DNA of 64,000 bases, taken from the NCBI GenBank assembly GCA_040954595.2, contig CM082584.2, positions 4,220,110 through 4,284,109 of the forward strand, read 5' to 3'. The DNA is from Balanoglossus misakiensis. Taxonomy: Eukaryota > Animalia > Hemichordata. The notes beneath the pieces were generated by a model. It worked only from the letters and a program-made list of their open reading frames with translations. It did no database searches and had not been told where the DNA came from. A program made the translations under genes and the position numbers. Below are positions 52,020-63,714 of the stretch, piece after piece (positions within the stretch are counted from its first letter, which is position 1; every line of letters starts with the position of its first letter).

Positions 52020-52470
52020 ATTGTGGACGCGATCATTTAACGTGTAATCCTATGGCGATAAAGTAACCGCACATCGCGAAAATTGGCAAAATCCGAACGT
52101 GGATAGCGAAAATGGCCATGTGCTTCTGCCTATAAGACGCACATTTTCTGAAAGTTTATTGCTTCGTCTCCACTTTACTGCAAAAATTAGACGTAGGACC
52201 CTTGTACTTTTAACGTGAGAGTGATTTTAAAATGTCTTGTTTTTGAAAATGCTTTGATGGTTTACGTGTAATCCTATGGCGATAGAGTAACCGCACTTCG
52301 CGAAAATTGGCAAAATCCGAACGTGGATAGTGAAAATGGCCATGTGCTCCTGCATACAAGACGCACATTTTCTGAAAGTTTTGTTGCTTCGTCTCCTCTT
52401 AAATGCAAAAATTAGACGTAGGACCCTTGAACTTTTAAAGTGAGAGTGATTTTAAAATGTCTTGTTTTTT
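52020..52470. repeat. ~244-bp direct duplication
   Basis: ACGTGTAATCCTATGGCGATA..TTAGACGTAGGACCCTTG..AAAATGTCTTGTTTTT at ~52020 and ~52264. Confidence 0.85.
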
Positions 52471-53912
52471 TAGCATGCTTATAAAGATCGGTTCGCCATT
52501 TGGTCAAATATGCGTCGATTTTTTCTGCTTTCACTTCTTTATGTCCGTTACATCGAGACAAAAAAATGGTGATAATTTTACAGTAATTTACCACTTCTGT
52601 GTGACTTAAACAGCAAGTTTTCGTGAGTACTGCTGAGAGCACCCGAGGGGGTGTGTCACTGCGTACGTTGACACCAGCAACGGTCACCCGACGTCAAAGG
52701 ACAGCGTAGACAAAGCGAATACAATAGGTGTGAATGGGCTTAAGCGGCAGTCCTAAGTCCTTCTCTTTTTACGTCCATGCGCTTAGTAAGGATTTTGGTA
52801 TGTAGTGTAAGTTGAAACACAAGTTCAACTCAAAATTTATCACTGAATAATAATTCATTCATCATTTGATCTGTCGGTACTTTGCCGGACTGAATAGTAG
52901 CATGCTCGGAAGTATACTGTTGAAAAGATTGATCTTGGGTTCCTTTCTAGTCCTTATTATTTTAACAAGACGATCGTAGTTCTAGTGTGCATCCCATAAT
53001 GTAGTTGGTCTGAGTGTCTTTTTGGCGCTGCATGTGTGCTCACAAATTGAAAACAAAATTTCAACCACCTAACACAGGAGCAATATGACCAAATTGCCCA
53101 TTTCTGTTATGCATTTTCATATGAAGAAATTGATCTTTGTTGGAGTTGTTGTGCACCTGTTTGAAGAGTTGCTTCGTGTTTTTACCAATCAAAAGCCATT
53201 TCAGACTGGTATACATATTAAGTTTTTTTGCCGCTGGCATGGAACTTGCATACAACCACTTTATCCGCTGATTAACGATGCACTGTGGACAACCTTACGA
53301 TGAAAATAACACTTTGATTACAATTGTCTCTTTGATATAATGCAAAATACATGCACACTCACAAAGCCAAAGTTGACAATTTAGATTAAAAGCACAATCG
53401 ACATACAAGAGTGACTGTGTGGAGAATATTCTTTATGGCCCGTTTGAAGGTCCACAAAGAAAATTTGCCAAGATTCCAACTTCTCGAAATTCCTAACCGC
53501 CATAATTCTCCTTTTCGGATAATCGTCGCATATGTGAGTGCACATCTATTTGCGTACATGTAGTAGCAAAATGATGGCAATCTACATCAATCTACCAGAA
53601 CTGCGCATTTTAGTGTGCTATTTGACACACCTTAATATCGCCGGCAATATAATAAGTGAACTCTTTCCAAATATTCATATGGCCGAAAACCCCACACTTC
53701 TGAGCCATAATTAAGTACGGGTGAAATAAATACATAAAAAATCTTGAAATACATTCCTGGGGGCAAGTCTTTCATGTTCTCCCCCCAAACAATAAACAAC
53801 AACGCTCATATCTACTAAGGTACCCACCTTTCCTATATACAACCACTTTGGTTTTTGATCAATTAACCTTCATTTTCCATTTCAAAGTAAAATCATACAG
53901 AATCTCAATAAG

Positions 53913-54200
53913 TCTTTTTAGACCAACTACTGTGTTTGAAAAAATACAATATCGTCAGCATATAGCATCCAAGGCTAGTCTATACAAAAGGCGTCTGTCC
54001 GTCCGTTCGTCCGTCCACATCATAAACTTTAAAACTGCTGCGTATACTAGTATTTGGTGTGCAGATGCAGGCTAGGCTGTAGATGGTAGTTTGTTCAAAT
54101 GAAGTTGTCATTGCCAAAAATATGCAAATTAGCTGGAAACATGTGAATTTGGTCAAAACTCAGTGACTCAAGAACTACTGGTCAGATTGCTTTGCAAGTG
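53913..54200 (+). repeat. Possible Helentron/DINE-like non-autonomous repeat
   Basis: T-tract + TAGACC ... GTCTA subterminal inverted motif followed by a (GTCC)n-type microsatellite. Confidence 0.35.
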
Positions 54201-54689
54201 GTGTGTATTTACTTTATTGAGTTCTTTGTAATTAGGCAGGAACCCCCTCCTGAGATTTATATACACAGCAAATTTAGTACATATGTCATTGGCAGCTTAT
54301 GGGTCCGCCAGTGTTTGCCCATTGATCTCTCTCTATGTGTGTGTGTGTGTGTCTATCTGTCTGTATATGGCCATGTACTCCGGTGTAGACTTTTTCTTAT
54401 GTAATCCCTCAATGGAACCATGTGTACGTCAGAAGGTGTGTAATATACAATCCCTTCACTCATGGTCATGCACTGCCAATTTCTTTATAGGGAGTGCATG
54501 CATGTACCGGTAACATATTATCTGTATTAACAAGCAAAATACAAGGCACTTTCATTGCGTGAAAAAGGTGTATGACAAGTTAAATTACCCACATACATGA
54601 GCAGAGATTAATTTACATGTGACACATGTCTATCTATGAACTTGTATTTGACACGTCTACCTGCGTTCACAGCTTGGGAGAAGTTCTGA

Positions 54690-56064
54690 CAAAATTCCCA
54701 TTGTCTCTCAAGTATTAAGAAAAAGCAAACAGGGGCTTGGTACACTCAGTGCTGTTTACTTAGCTACTGAACAGTGACATTTTTGTTTGAGATAACAGGT
54801 GGCAAAATTCCCATTGTCTCTCGAATATTAAGAAAAAGCAAACAGGGGCCACAAGGGGATGCAAACATGAAAGTTATAAATGGCGGAGTTTCTGCATTTT
54901 CCCCCAATAAACATTACTTGATGAACAGTCTTTGTGCTTGTTTATTTTTCTGTGTTACCTCCACCTATCTTATCAGTTGCTAATCCAGAATAAAAGCTAT
55001 CACATTTCCCATTAAGCACCTGCTAACGACTTAATCAGGGGCTTGGTACACTCAGTGCTGTTTACTTAGTTACTGAACAATCACATTTTTGTTTGAGATA
55101 ACAGTCCTGGCAAAATTCCCATTGTCTCTCAAGTATTAAGAAAAAGCAAACAGGGGCCACAGGGGGATGCAAACATGAAAGTTATAAATGGCGGAGTTTC
55201 TGCATTTTCCCCCAATAAACATTACTTGATGAACAATCTTTGTGCTTGTTTATTTTTCTGTGTTACCTCCACCTATCTTATCAGTTGCTAATCCAGAATA
55301 AAAGCTATCACATTTCCCATTAAGCACCTGCTAACGACTTAATCAGGGGCTTGGTACACTCAGTGCTGTTTACTTAGTTACTGAACAATCACATTTTTGT
55401 TTGAGATAACAGTCCTGGCAAAATTCCCATTGTCTCTCAAGTATTAAGAAAAAGCAAACAGGGGCCACAGGGGGATGCAAACATGAAAGTTATAAATGGC
55501 GGAGTTTCTGCATTTTCCCCCAATAAACATTACTTGATGAACAATCTTTGTGCTTGTTTATTTTTCTGTGTTACCTCCACCTATCTTATCAGTTGCTAAT
55601 CCAGAATAAAAGCTATCACATTTCCCATTAAGCACCTGCTAACGACTTAATCAGGGGCTTGGTACACTCAGTGCTGTTTACTTAGTTACTGAACAATCAC
55701 ATTTTTGTTTGAGATAACAGTCCTGGCAAAATTCCCATTGTCTCTCAAGTATTAAGAAAAAGCAAACAGGGGCCACAGGGGGATGCAAACATGAAAGTTA
55801 TAAATGGCGGAGTTTCTGCATTTTCCCCCAATAAACATTACTTGATGAACAGTCTTTGTGCTTGTTTATTTTTCTGTGTTACCTCCACCTATCTTATCAG
55901 TTGCTAATCCAGAATAAAAGCTATCACATTTCCCATTAAGCACCTGCTAACGACTTAATCAGGGGCTTGGTACACTCAGTGCTGTTTACTTAGTTACTGA
56001 ACAATCACATTTTTGTTTGAGATAACAGTCCTGGCAAAATTCCCATTGTCTCTCAAGTATTAAG
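54690..56064. repeat. 308-bp tandem array, ~4.4 units
   Basis: CAGGGGCTTGGTACACTCAGTGC at 54730, 55036, 55344, 55652 and 55960; one further unit start at 56806. Confidence 0.93.
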
Positions 56065-56103
56065 ATATAGGATCTTTTTGCTCGTTGCTATGGGCCTTTA
56101 TAG

Positions 56104-56806
56104 GACACTACACTCAATTTTGATCGAAACCGTTAAGAACGTCCGACAAGGGGCTTGTAACTAGTTAAAAATACACACGATTGTGTGCACACCCCCTGTC
56201 CGAATATGTTTACGGCAGCTACCGCCCGGCCATAGGCCGCCACGCTAATACGGCAAAGCAGCGGTCAGCGATAGCGTGCGCGTCCTGTAACCACAGTAAC
56301 TCGATCGAACGCTAAAAATCCAATGTTTTGTACACAGAGATTTTGTACCGTTCACGAAAATCCCTAAGGCTTTTTTCATAGGCCACGTACGCCAGTCAAA
56401 TTTGACCTGCTTGTTGAGAACGCACTTCCGCACAGTGTGACGGATCGTTTTTTCGGTTTTCGTCGTGCTAAGAAGCGATACCGGTGGAAGTGTGCGTCCA
56501 AAAACACCCAAAATCGATGACTTTTTCAGGTGTGGTACGGGTATGCTGAAATCGTAGGATACAACGATAATATTTGAAAACAAAATCCGTCACGATCTTC
56601 CCTGGTTCAAGCAACTAATGAATACGTATCAAGTTCGTTTTTTAGGTCACGGAATAAAAAGCCTTAGGCTTTTGAAATTTGACCTAGCTAATTTGCATAT
56701 CAATGGCGTCAGGGGGCGCGCGCTCACAATCGTGCAGATTTTCAACTAGTTACCAGCCCCTTGTTAGACTCTGAAAACGGCTTAGTCCAAATCGGGGTGT
56801 AATGTC
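56104..56806. mobile_element. Element with ~70-bp imperfect inverted ends beside the 308-bp array
   Basis: GACACTACAC..ACAAGGGGCTTGTAACTAGTTAAAA vs TTTTCAACTAGTTACCAGCCCCTTGT..GTGTAATGTC. Confidence 0.55.
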
Positions 56807-57022
56807 AGGGGCTTGGTACGCTCAGTGCTGTTTACTTAGTTACTGAACAATGACATCTTTGTCTGAAATAAAAGTTACGACAAAACTCACAAAAGATTTC
56901 CTGTTGTTCCCGTTTTATAAAATTGCACCGTTGTATTGAATAACAATGTCATGGAAAACTAGCTATGCGCTTTGTCTTGAATAATCTTATTGGCAAAGGT
57001 GACTCATGCAATTACGTCAAAT

Positions 57023-58204
57023 CACGGTTACTAGAAGAAGACGGTTAGGAAACTATTTTTTCTCCATTGTTAGATGCTCGCCTCGGTAAACACTTAGTGT
57101 AAACGAAAGATATCAGGTGCTAACGAGCCTGGCCGTACGAATAAACAGACAGAATAACTGACCGCTCGGTAAAAATGACGTCATTCCCCCCACAATCCAA
57201 TGCAAACCATACTCAATTTTGAACTTTCAAGGACGTGGTGAAGCCATACAATATTTGTCTTGAATCAAGCCCTAGAGATTCGATGCGAACCAAAACAAAC
57301 AAGATGGCCGCCATACATCAATGTTACTACGGTTATCGAAATGCGTATGAAATCTCGACGAAATATGCCACATGGAATTAACGAAATAGCCCATGCACTA
57401 CAAAAAGGAGTAAAATATATAAATATATTAAAAAATAACAGAAATGCGACCATCATAGTTGAATTCTAGGGGTTCGAAATTCGACGCCATTTTGAATCTT
57501 GGAATAATGTCCTTTTCACGACCACTATTTTAATTCACGGCGTTTGGTGCGTTTGCTTCCACTAAACCATATAAAATGTAAATTTCCAAGCCGAAAGATA
57601 ACAGTCTACCATATGGTAACTGATAGAGTAGTAATCAGACGAAATTTTGTTTCGGTGACGGACTTATAGTTAACCAGCCCAAGAAACGTTGATAGAAAAT
57701 GAAATATTGGAACACTCGGAACGGGCAGTGATATCGCGGTTACAGAGTGCCCGAACCCGAACAGACTATGACCGTGCACTCCGTAAGCAAATATGGAACT
57801 CGTAAAAAAAAAATGACTATGTACTCTTGACGAAAAAGGGCAGTTGAAGGGGTTCAAAAATTAGCTAGGTCATCCTAAGTCGCCATCGGGCTCTTATGAT
57901 TTAGACATCATAAAACACAATCAAGAATTTGACCTCAGAACTGGAAGAATCTGTATGAAATACCCATCTTAGAATAGAAAAGACGTTCACCCAACAGTAC
58001 GATCTGTTCAAGTGATAAAATCCACTTCTCTTGGCTGCAATTTCTGGAATGTGCAGGAACACACCAGAGCGTACCCACGCCACAAACCCAAGCTGTGACG
58101 TCATCAACGCGCGTAGTGGTTTGGACATGTACTCTCCTAGCTAACACCTCGTTCACACCTTCCGAACAATAGAGTTTCCTAACCGTCTTCTTCTAGTAAC
58201 CGTG
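57023..58204. mobile_element. 1.18-kb non-autonomous P-superfamily-like transposon
   Basis: Perfect 32-bp TIR CACGGTTACTAGAAGAAGACGGTTAGGAAACT; 7-bp TSD GTCAAAT (57016-57022 / 58205-58211). Confidence 0.88.
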
Positions 58205-58299
58205 GTCAAATCATGGCGGTACTAAAGCATTGTTAAAAATAACTGCACTCAAGCGATCATGCGCCGATCACGCAGTCTCGGCACAATGGTTGGTTACCA

Positions 58300-59586
58300 G
58301 ACGGCCGCCAAATCCACTTTTCTTGTTGAACCTTGTTTTAGCGTCTGAAGTTTTTTTAAGCGGATTCTGGTGGTATAGATCACCAGAGTGAAAGAAATGG
58401 TTCCTGGAGCTCTGTCAGTATTGAGCAATTTGAGTCGACTAGCATAAAATATGGCCGCCAAATGATTTCAAAGTACCAATATATGGGCCGGCTGCCAAGT
58501 CCACTTTTTGTGACGAACCTTGTATAAGTGTCTTCAAATTTTTAAAGGCGGATTCTGCTGGTATAGATCACCAGAGTGAAAGAAATGGTTCCTGGAGCTC
58601 TGTCAGTATTGAGCAATTTGAGTCAACTAGCATAAAATATGGCCGCCAAATGATTTCAAAGTACCAATATATGGGCCGGCTGCCAAGTCCACTTTTTGTG
58701 ACGAACCTTGTATAAGTGTCTTCAAATTTTTAAAAGCGGATTCTGCTGGTATAGATCACCAGAGTGAAAGAAATGGTTCCTGGAGCTCTGTCAGTATTGA
58801 GCAATTTGAGTCAACTAGCATAAAATATGCCAAGTCCACTTTTTGTGACGAACCTTGTATAAGTGTCTTCAAATTTTTAAAAGCGGATTCTGCTGGTATA
58901 GATCACCAGAGTGAAAGAAATGGTTCCTGGAGCTCTGTCAGTATTGAGCAATTTGAGTCAACTAGCATAAAATATGGCCGCCAAATGATTTCAAAGTACC
59001 AATATATGGGCCGGCTGCCAAGTCCACTTTTTGTGACGAACCTTGTATAAGTGTCTTCAAATTTTTAAAGGCGGATTCTGCTGGTATAGATCACCAGAGT
59101 GAAAGAAATGGTTCCTGGAGCTCTGTCAGTATTGAGCAATTTGAGTCGACTAGCATAAAATATGGCCGCCAAATGATTTCAAAGTACCAATATATGGGCC
59201 GGCTGCCAAGTCCACTTTTTGTGACGAACCTTGTATAAGTGTCTTCAAATTTTTAAAGGCGGATTCTGCTGGTATAGATCACCAGAGTGAAAGAAATGGT
59301 TCCTGGAGCTCTGTCAGTATTGAGCAATTTGAGTCGACTAGCATAAAATATGGCCGCCAAATGATTTCAAAGTACCAATATATGGGCCGGCTGCCAAGTC
59401 CACTTTTTGTGACGAACCTTGTATAAGTGTCTTCAAATTTTTAAAAGCGGATTCTGCTGGTATAGATCACCAGAGTGAAAGAAATGGTTCCTGGAGCTCT
59501 GTCAGTATTGAGCAATTTGAGTTCAAAGTACCAATATATGGGCCGACTAGTCTGCCAAGTCCACTTTTTGTGACGAACCTTGTATA
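58300..59586. repeat. 188-bp tandem array, ~7 units
   Basis: CACCAGAGTGAAAG at 58381, 58569, 58757, 58904 (41-bp deletion), 59092, 59280 and 59468. Confidence 0.93.
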
Positions 59587-60379
59587 CTACCCATTTCAAA
59601 ATACCTTGGAAATTCTTTGTGTTGGAGTGTTACAATAAACCTCTCCCACGATAAGAAAAAACGTCTAAGTTCATGAAACTGAATACCGCACTTTGTTTAT
59701 TTTGCAACAAAGTTACCGTTTCAAACGTGCGTAATCCCACTGTGAGATTGTCTGTAGTCTACTCTGAACCTTATATATACATGTATTATTGTGTAGTTGC
59801 AACGACCCGACTTGTGTAGGAACATTTGAACGGCAACAGAAAGCAAAGTGAGCGTAATTCAATAAAACGACCTATACAAGCCTGAACTCTGATTATTTCT
59901 GGTCCCAAAACTCCTTTCGTGAAAAACTCACTGGACTCAGTGTTTACGTATTTCAGCGAGTACTACCGCTGGAAGTGACTGGGATTATGGCCGATTAAGG
60001 CCTAGTTAAAGTATTAACTTGGTTCAAATTCAGTGTAACCAGCTAGGGGGGATCACTGTGTTTATTAGCGTTTATTTGCAAGCGTTCTGGAAGGTTGATC
60101 TTAGGGAGCTTTACTATAAGGTCATATCTACATAGAAAAGGGCACATTTGCATCCTCTACCTTTATAAGCGGGTCGCTAGACCCATGCAGTCAGTATGCC
60201 AAGGCAAATGCCAAGCCGTCCTGCTGCCTGCCGCTAGCCTTTTCTGCCGCTGCCGCCAAGCCTACAGCCTTGATGCCACACCGCAAGACTCGCTGACGCT
60301 GTTCGAAGTCAACACCGATCGTCGCCGATCTCAACTCCGACGCCCGCAGCAACCACAGACTCAAGGGGACCCATAAACC

Positions 60380-61633
60380 ATGGACCCATCAGGTATGCTT
60401 ACTTTAAACCTAACGCCCCGAAGTCAACGATCACTAATCGAAGAAGGGAACTCAGTACCTGAAACTTCGCCGGAAGTGCAGCATTGGGCAACTGAGAACG
60501 ATTTGACCCCGGACACAATAGCAAGACTGTCGACTGCGGGTTTCGTGACAATGAAATCTATTCGACTAATACAGGCTGAGCACATTCAAATGCTCGAGAT
60601 AGAACCAATGGCCCAACGCTGCCTACTAGAGGAGGCAATCAATCATTTGAATCGGTCGACGTCCAGCAACACAACCGACAGCCGACCACCACAACATTCT
60701 ACAGGAGGGTCTACGCCGACGCCGCTGGATTCAGACGCTACCAGGTCAGAGGTCAGAGGGTCAAACATGGCCGCCACCATCGACAACAACACAGAGACGG
60801 ATAGGCTCCTTCAACAGCTCCTGAACCAGCCACCGACTAACCCAACCGCAGCTCCAGCGGGAACAACTCCACTCCAAAGCCTTTTGAGCACTTTGTTAGA
60901 CTCGAGAACACTTAATAACTCTTGTAACACTGCCAATCAGCCTCGAGCTGATTTGAACCCGAGGGTGTACATGCAAACAAAAGACAAAGGTGAGAAATAT
61001 GCTGATATTTTAGATTATTTATCGCTGGGTGACAGGGTTACCGAACAAACGGTTATCAGTACGGGGGAGAATGGCACTCGTCTGGTCTTAGAATCAGACT
61101 CCAGGAAACCCCGATTAGAATCGGTATCCCCATCCCAGTGGATGGGAGCCAATGTAGCTATTCTTTATGAAAAGATCGAGAATGGGTCTTTGCAGGGAAA
61201 TGGCATTCTAAATTATCTCGCATATACCAGGAAAATTTCCCAACTGGCGAACCGGTACACCTGGTCCTCGGTTATTCAGTATGACAGGGAATACCGCCAG
61301 TATCAGGCAAATCACAATTTCGAGTGGGGGGCTGACATAAGCCATTTGACCAAAGTGCATTTGAGGGAAAAGTTGCAATTTCCCCCTAGCAACAAGGGTG
61401 TGACACAGCAGTCAGGGAAATCTTATACACAAGCAGAGGGTAAGGCTGCTCGATCCCCGGCCCCAATTGATACTCAATCTGGGAAACCTATTTGCCTGGG
61501 ATTTAATAAGGGTAATTGTAAGTTTGGGCCCACTTGTAATTATGCTCATGTCTGCCTAGACGCATCCTGCAGAAAAGCCCATCCCCAAACCGCCCATGAT
61601 GGTACACCTTCCTCCAGCTCAAAAAACTTCTAA
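60380..61633 (+). CDS. Gag-like ORF1 with C-terminal Cys/His zinc finger
   Basis: 417 aa; W..AN..I..YLAYTRKI.QLA..Y.W.SV.QYDREYR..QA..F.WG motif and ICLGFNKGNCKFGPTCNYAHVC...C.KAH. Confidence 0.85.
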   Translation: MDPSGMLTLNLTPRSQRSLIEEGNSVPETSPEVQHWATENDLTPDTIARLSTAGFVTMKSIRLIQAEHIQMLEIEPMAQRCLLEEAINHLNRSTSSNTTDSRPPQHSTGGSTPTPLDSDATRSEVRGSNMAATIDNNTETDRLLQQLLNQPPTNPTAAPAGTTPLQSLLSTLLDSRTLNNSCNTANQPRADLNPRVYMQTKDKGEKYADILDYLSLGDRVTEQTVISTGENGTRLVLESDSRKPRLESVSPSQWMGANVAILYEKIENGSLQGNGILNYLAYTRKISQLANRYTWSSVIQYDREYRQYQANHNFEWGADISHLTKVHLREKLQFPPSNKGVTQQSGKSYTQAEGKAARSPAPIDTQSGKPICLGFNKGNCKFGPTCNYAHVCLDASCRKAHPQTAHDGTPSSSSKNF

Positions 61634-63714
61634 AAGAGTCACTGCCAAATTCTTCCCTGCCAAACCCGCCTACCACTGAGTTCTCCCTTAATTATTCTGT
61701 TTGGCAATCTGAGTTAAAAAATGATCCTGATGCCGATTTCCTTCTGAATGGCATCAGGAATGGCTTCCGCATCATTGATAATTCCTCAAATTTGCAACCT
61801 GCTCACACTAGAAATTATAAGTCCGCCACTGAAACTGCTCGCCAGCAAGTGGAAGCCCAGTTGCGTTCTGAAATTGCTGAAGGTCATTATGCTGTTACCT
61901 CCCAAAGGCCAACGATTATTAGTGCCCTGGGGGCTATCCCCAAACCTAACTCTTCGGAGATCCGCCTGATTCATGATTGTAGCCAGCCACATGGCAAAGC
62001 TGTGAATGATTATGCCACCGACCAACACTTTCAGTATCAGTCCCTTGACGATGCAATTAAGCTGATTTCTCCTGGGAGTTACCTGGCTAAAGTTGACCTG
62101 AAGTCAGCTTATCGTTCGGTCAAGATTCACCCTTCTAACTTTCCTGCTACAGGCCTTGAGTGGACGTTTCAAGGTCAAACTCACCCTACTTATCTTTATG
62201 ACACCCGCTTGCCCTTTGGTGCAAAACTCTCTCCTAGCATTTTTCATAGGCTAACCCAGAGTGTCAGGCGGATGATGGCACGCCGGGGCATTGATGCTAT
62301 GGTTGTGTACCTTGACGATTTCCTTATTGTTGCTCCCGATTATAGCCGAAATTATGAAAGGTCGCCGATTCAATATGTGATCTAGACGTCCTGTGTGCAC
62401 TGAACACACGATGTGTTTATCTAACACAAACAACAGAACCTCTCATAAAAGAGATGCGGTATCATTAGACTAATTACAGATGGTAGTCTGGAAACACGCT
62501 CCCCCTCAGAGAGAGTTGTTTACTTGGGTACGATGTCAAAGTTTAATCTCAAAGTGTATACGCTTTATGTTGAGAGTGTACCCAAGTAAACAACTCTCTC
62601 TGAGGGGGAGCGTGTTTCCAGACTACCATCTGTAATTAGTCTAATGATACCGCATCTCTTTTATGAGAGGTTCTGTTGTTTGTGTTAGATAAACACATCG
62701 TGTGTTCAGTGCACACAGGACGTCTAGATCACATATTGAATCGGCGACCTTTCATAATTTCGGCTGTACAATTCCTGCTTAGAGGCCCTTAATACTCTCC
62801 TCCGCTTACTTAGACAACTAGGTTTTCGCATTGCTTGGAAAAAAGTAGATGGCCCCATGCAACGGTTAGTTTTCCTTGGTGTGGAAATTGATACTTTGCA
62901 GCTTACTTTAAGTTTACCGCCGCAGAAGCTTACAGATTTATACAATCTGCTCCTGACGTTTTCCATGAGAAAACGAGCTAGCCGCCGCCAACTTGAAACC
63001 CTTACTGGCAAATTAGCTTGGGCATGCCGAGTGATCAAAGGAGGTAGAACTTTCCTCCGGCGAATCGTCTCCCAGCTAAACAAACTACGCTGTTCTTCGC
63101 ATAAAATGCTTCTTTCTAAGGATTTCCACCTTGATATTAAATGGTGGTTACAATGCCTGCCTTTGTTCAATGGTGCTACTAAATTTATTGACCCTCGTCC
63201 TATTACAGATGTTCACATGGATGCATCTAATTTAGCCTCTGGTATTTTCTATAAAGGAGACTGGCAGTACACCCGGTGGTCTTGCGACTGGCCTGAGGTC
63301 GCATCCCTGCATATCAATCATAAGGAGGTTCTGTCCATCATTTTAGCTGCCAGACGTTGGGCAAAACATTGGACAAATTCTACTGTCCATATCTTCACTG
63401 ATAGTACTGTTGCCATGGCCTGTATCAATCATGGTACTTCTCGCAATCCTGCGGTTATGGCCGCCCTTCGTGATTTATTTTGGCTTTCTGTGCGTTACAA
63501 TTTCAACATGAGAGCAATACATGTCCCAGGTAAAGATAATGACATCCCTGATGCTATCTCACGGCTACATCAAGCAGGGCAAGCCTGGCGTCTTTATTCT
63601 CTTCTTTGCTCTCATTACAGCCATTCTATCCCCTTTTCAGATTTTATTGCTACTTTTTATAACCATATGTCTCCTACTACTGCTCTGTTTCTTTGCCCTC
63701 AGATTCCCAACTGA
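61600..63714 (+). pseudogene. Reverse transcriptase-RNase H (pol) interrupted by a MITE
   Basis: LGAIPK..IRLIHDCS..KVDLKSAYR..LPFG..SP.IF..YLDDF, then FLGVEID, MDAS, HINHKE, FTDS, HVPGKDN..DAISR; the frame is restored exactly when 62343-62766 and one TA are removed. Confidence 0.88.
62343..62766. mobile_element. 424-bp foldback MITE (Tc1/mariner-like, TA TSD)
   Basis: 189-bp arms (62343-62531 / 62578-62766) identical apart from the terminal base; TA at 62341-62342 and 62767-62768. Confidence 0.92.

Larger units (their letters stand above)
44785..52779. mobile_element. 8-kb non-autonomous P-superfamily-like DNA transposon enclosing a satellite array
   Basis: Perfect 32-bp TIR CATGGACGTAAAAAGAGAAGGACTTAGGACTG (44785-44816 / 52748-52779); 7-bp TSD CGCTTAG (44778-44784 / 52780-52786); no transposase ORF seen. 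Confidence 0.85.

Noticed and set aside
46201-59586. CRISPR-like interpretation of the tandem arrays
   Set aside because: Units are identical throughout with no unique spacers; there are no cas genes and the context is eukaryotic.
62724-63170. 148-aa minus-strand ORF sharing YSRNYERSPIQYVI with the RT ORF
   Set aside because: The shared tail comes from the palindromic MITE; the rest is antisense to RT.
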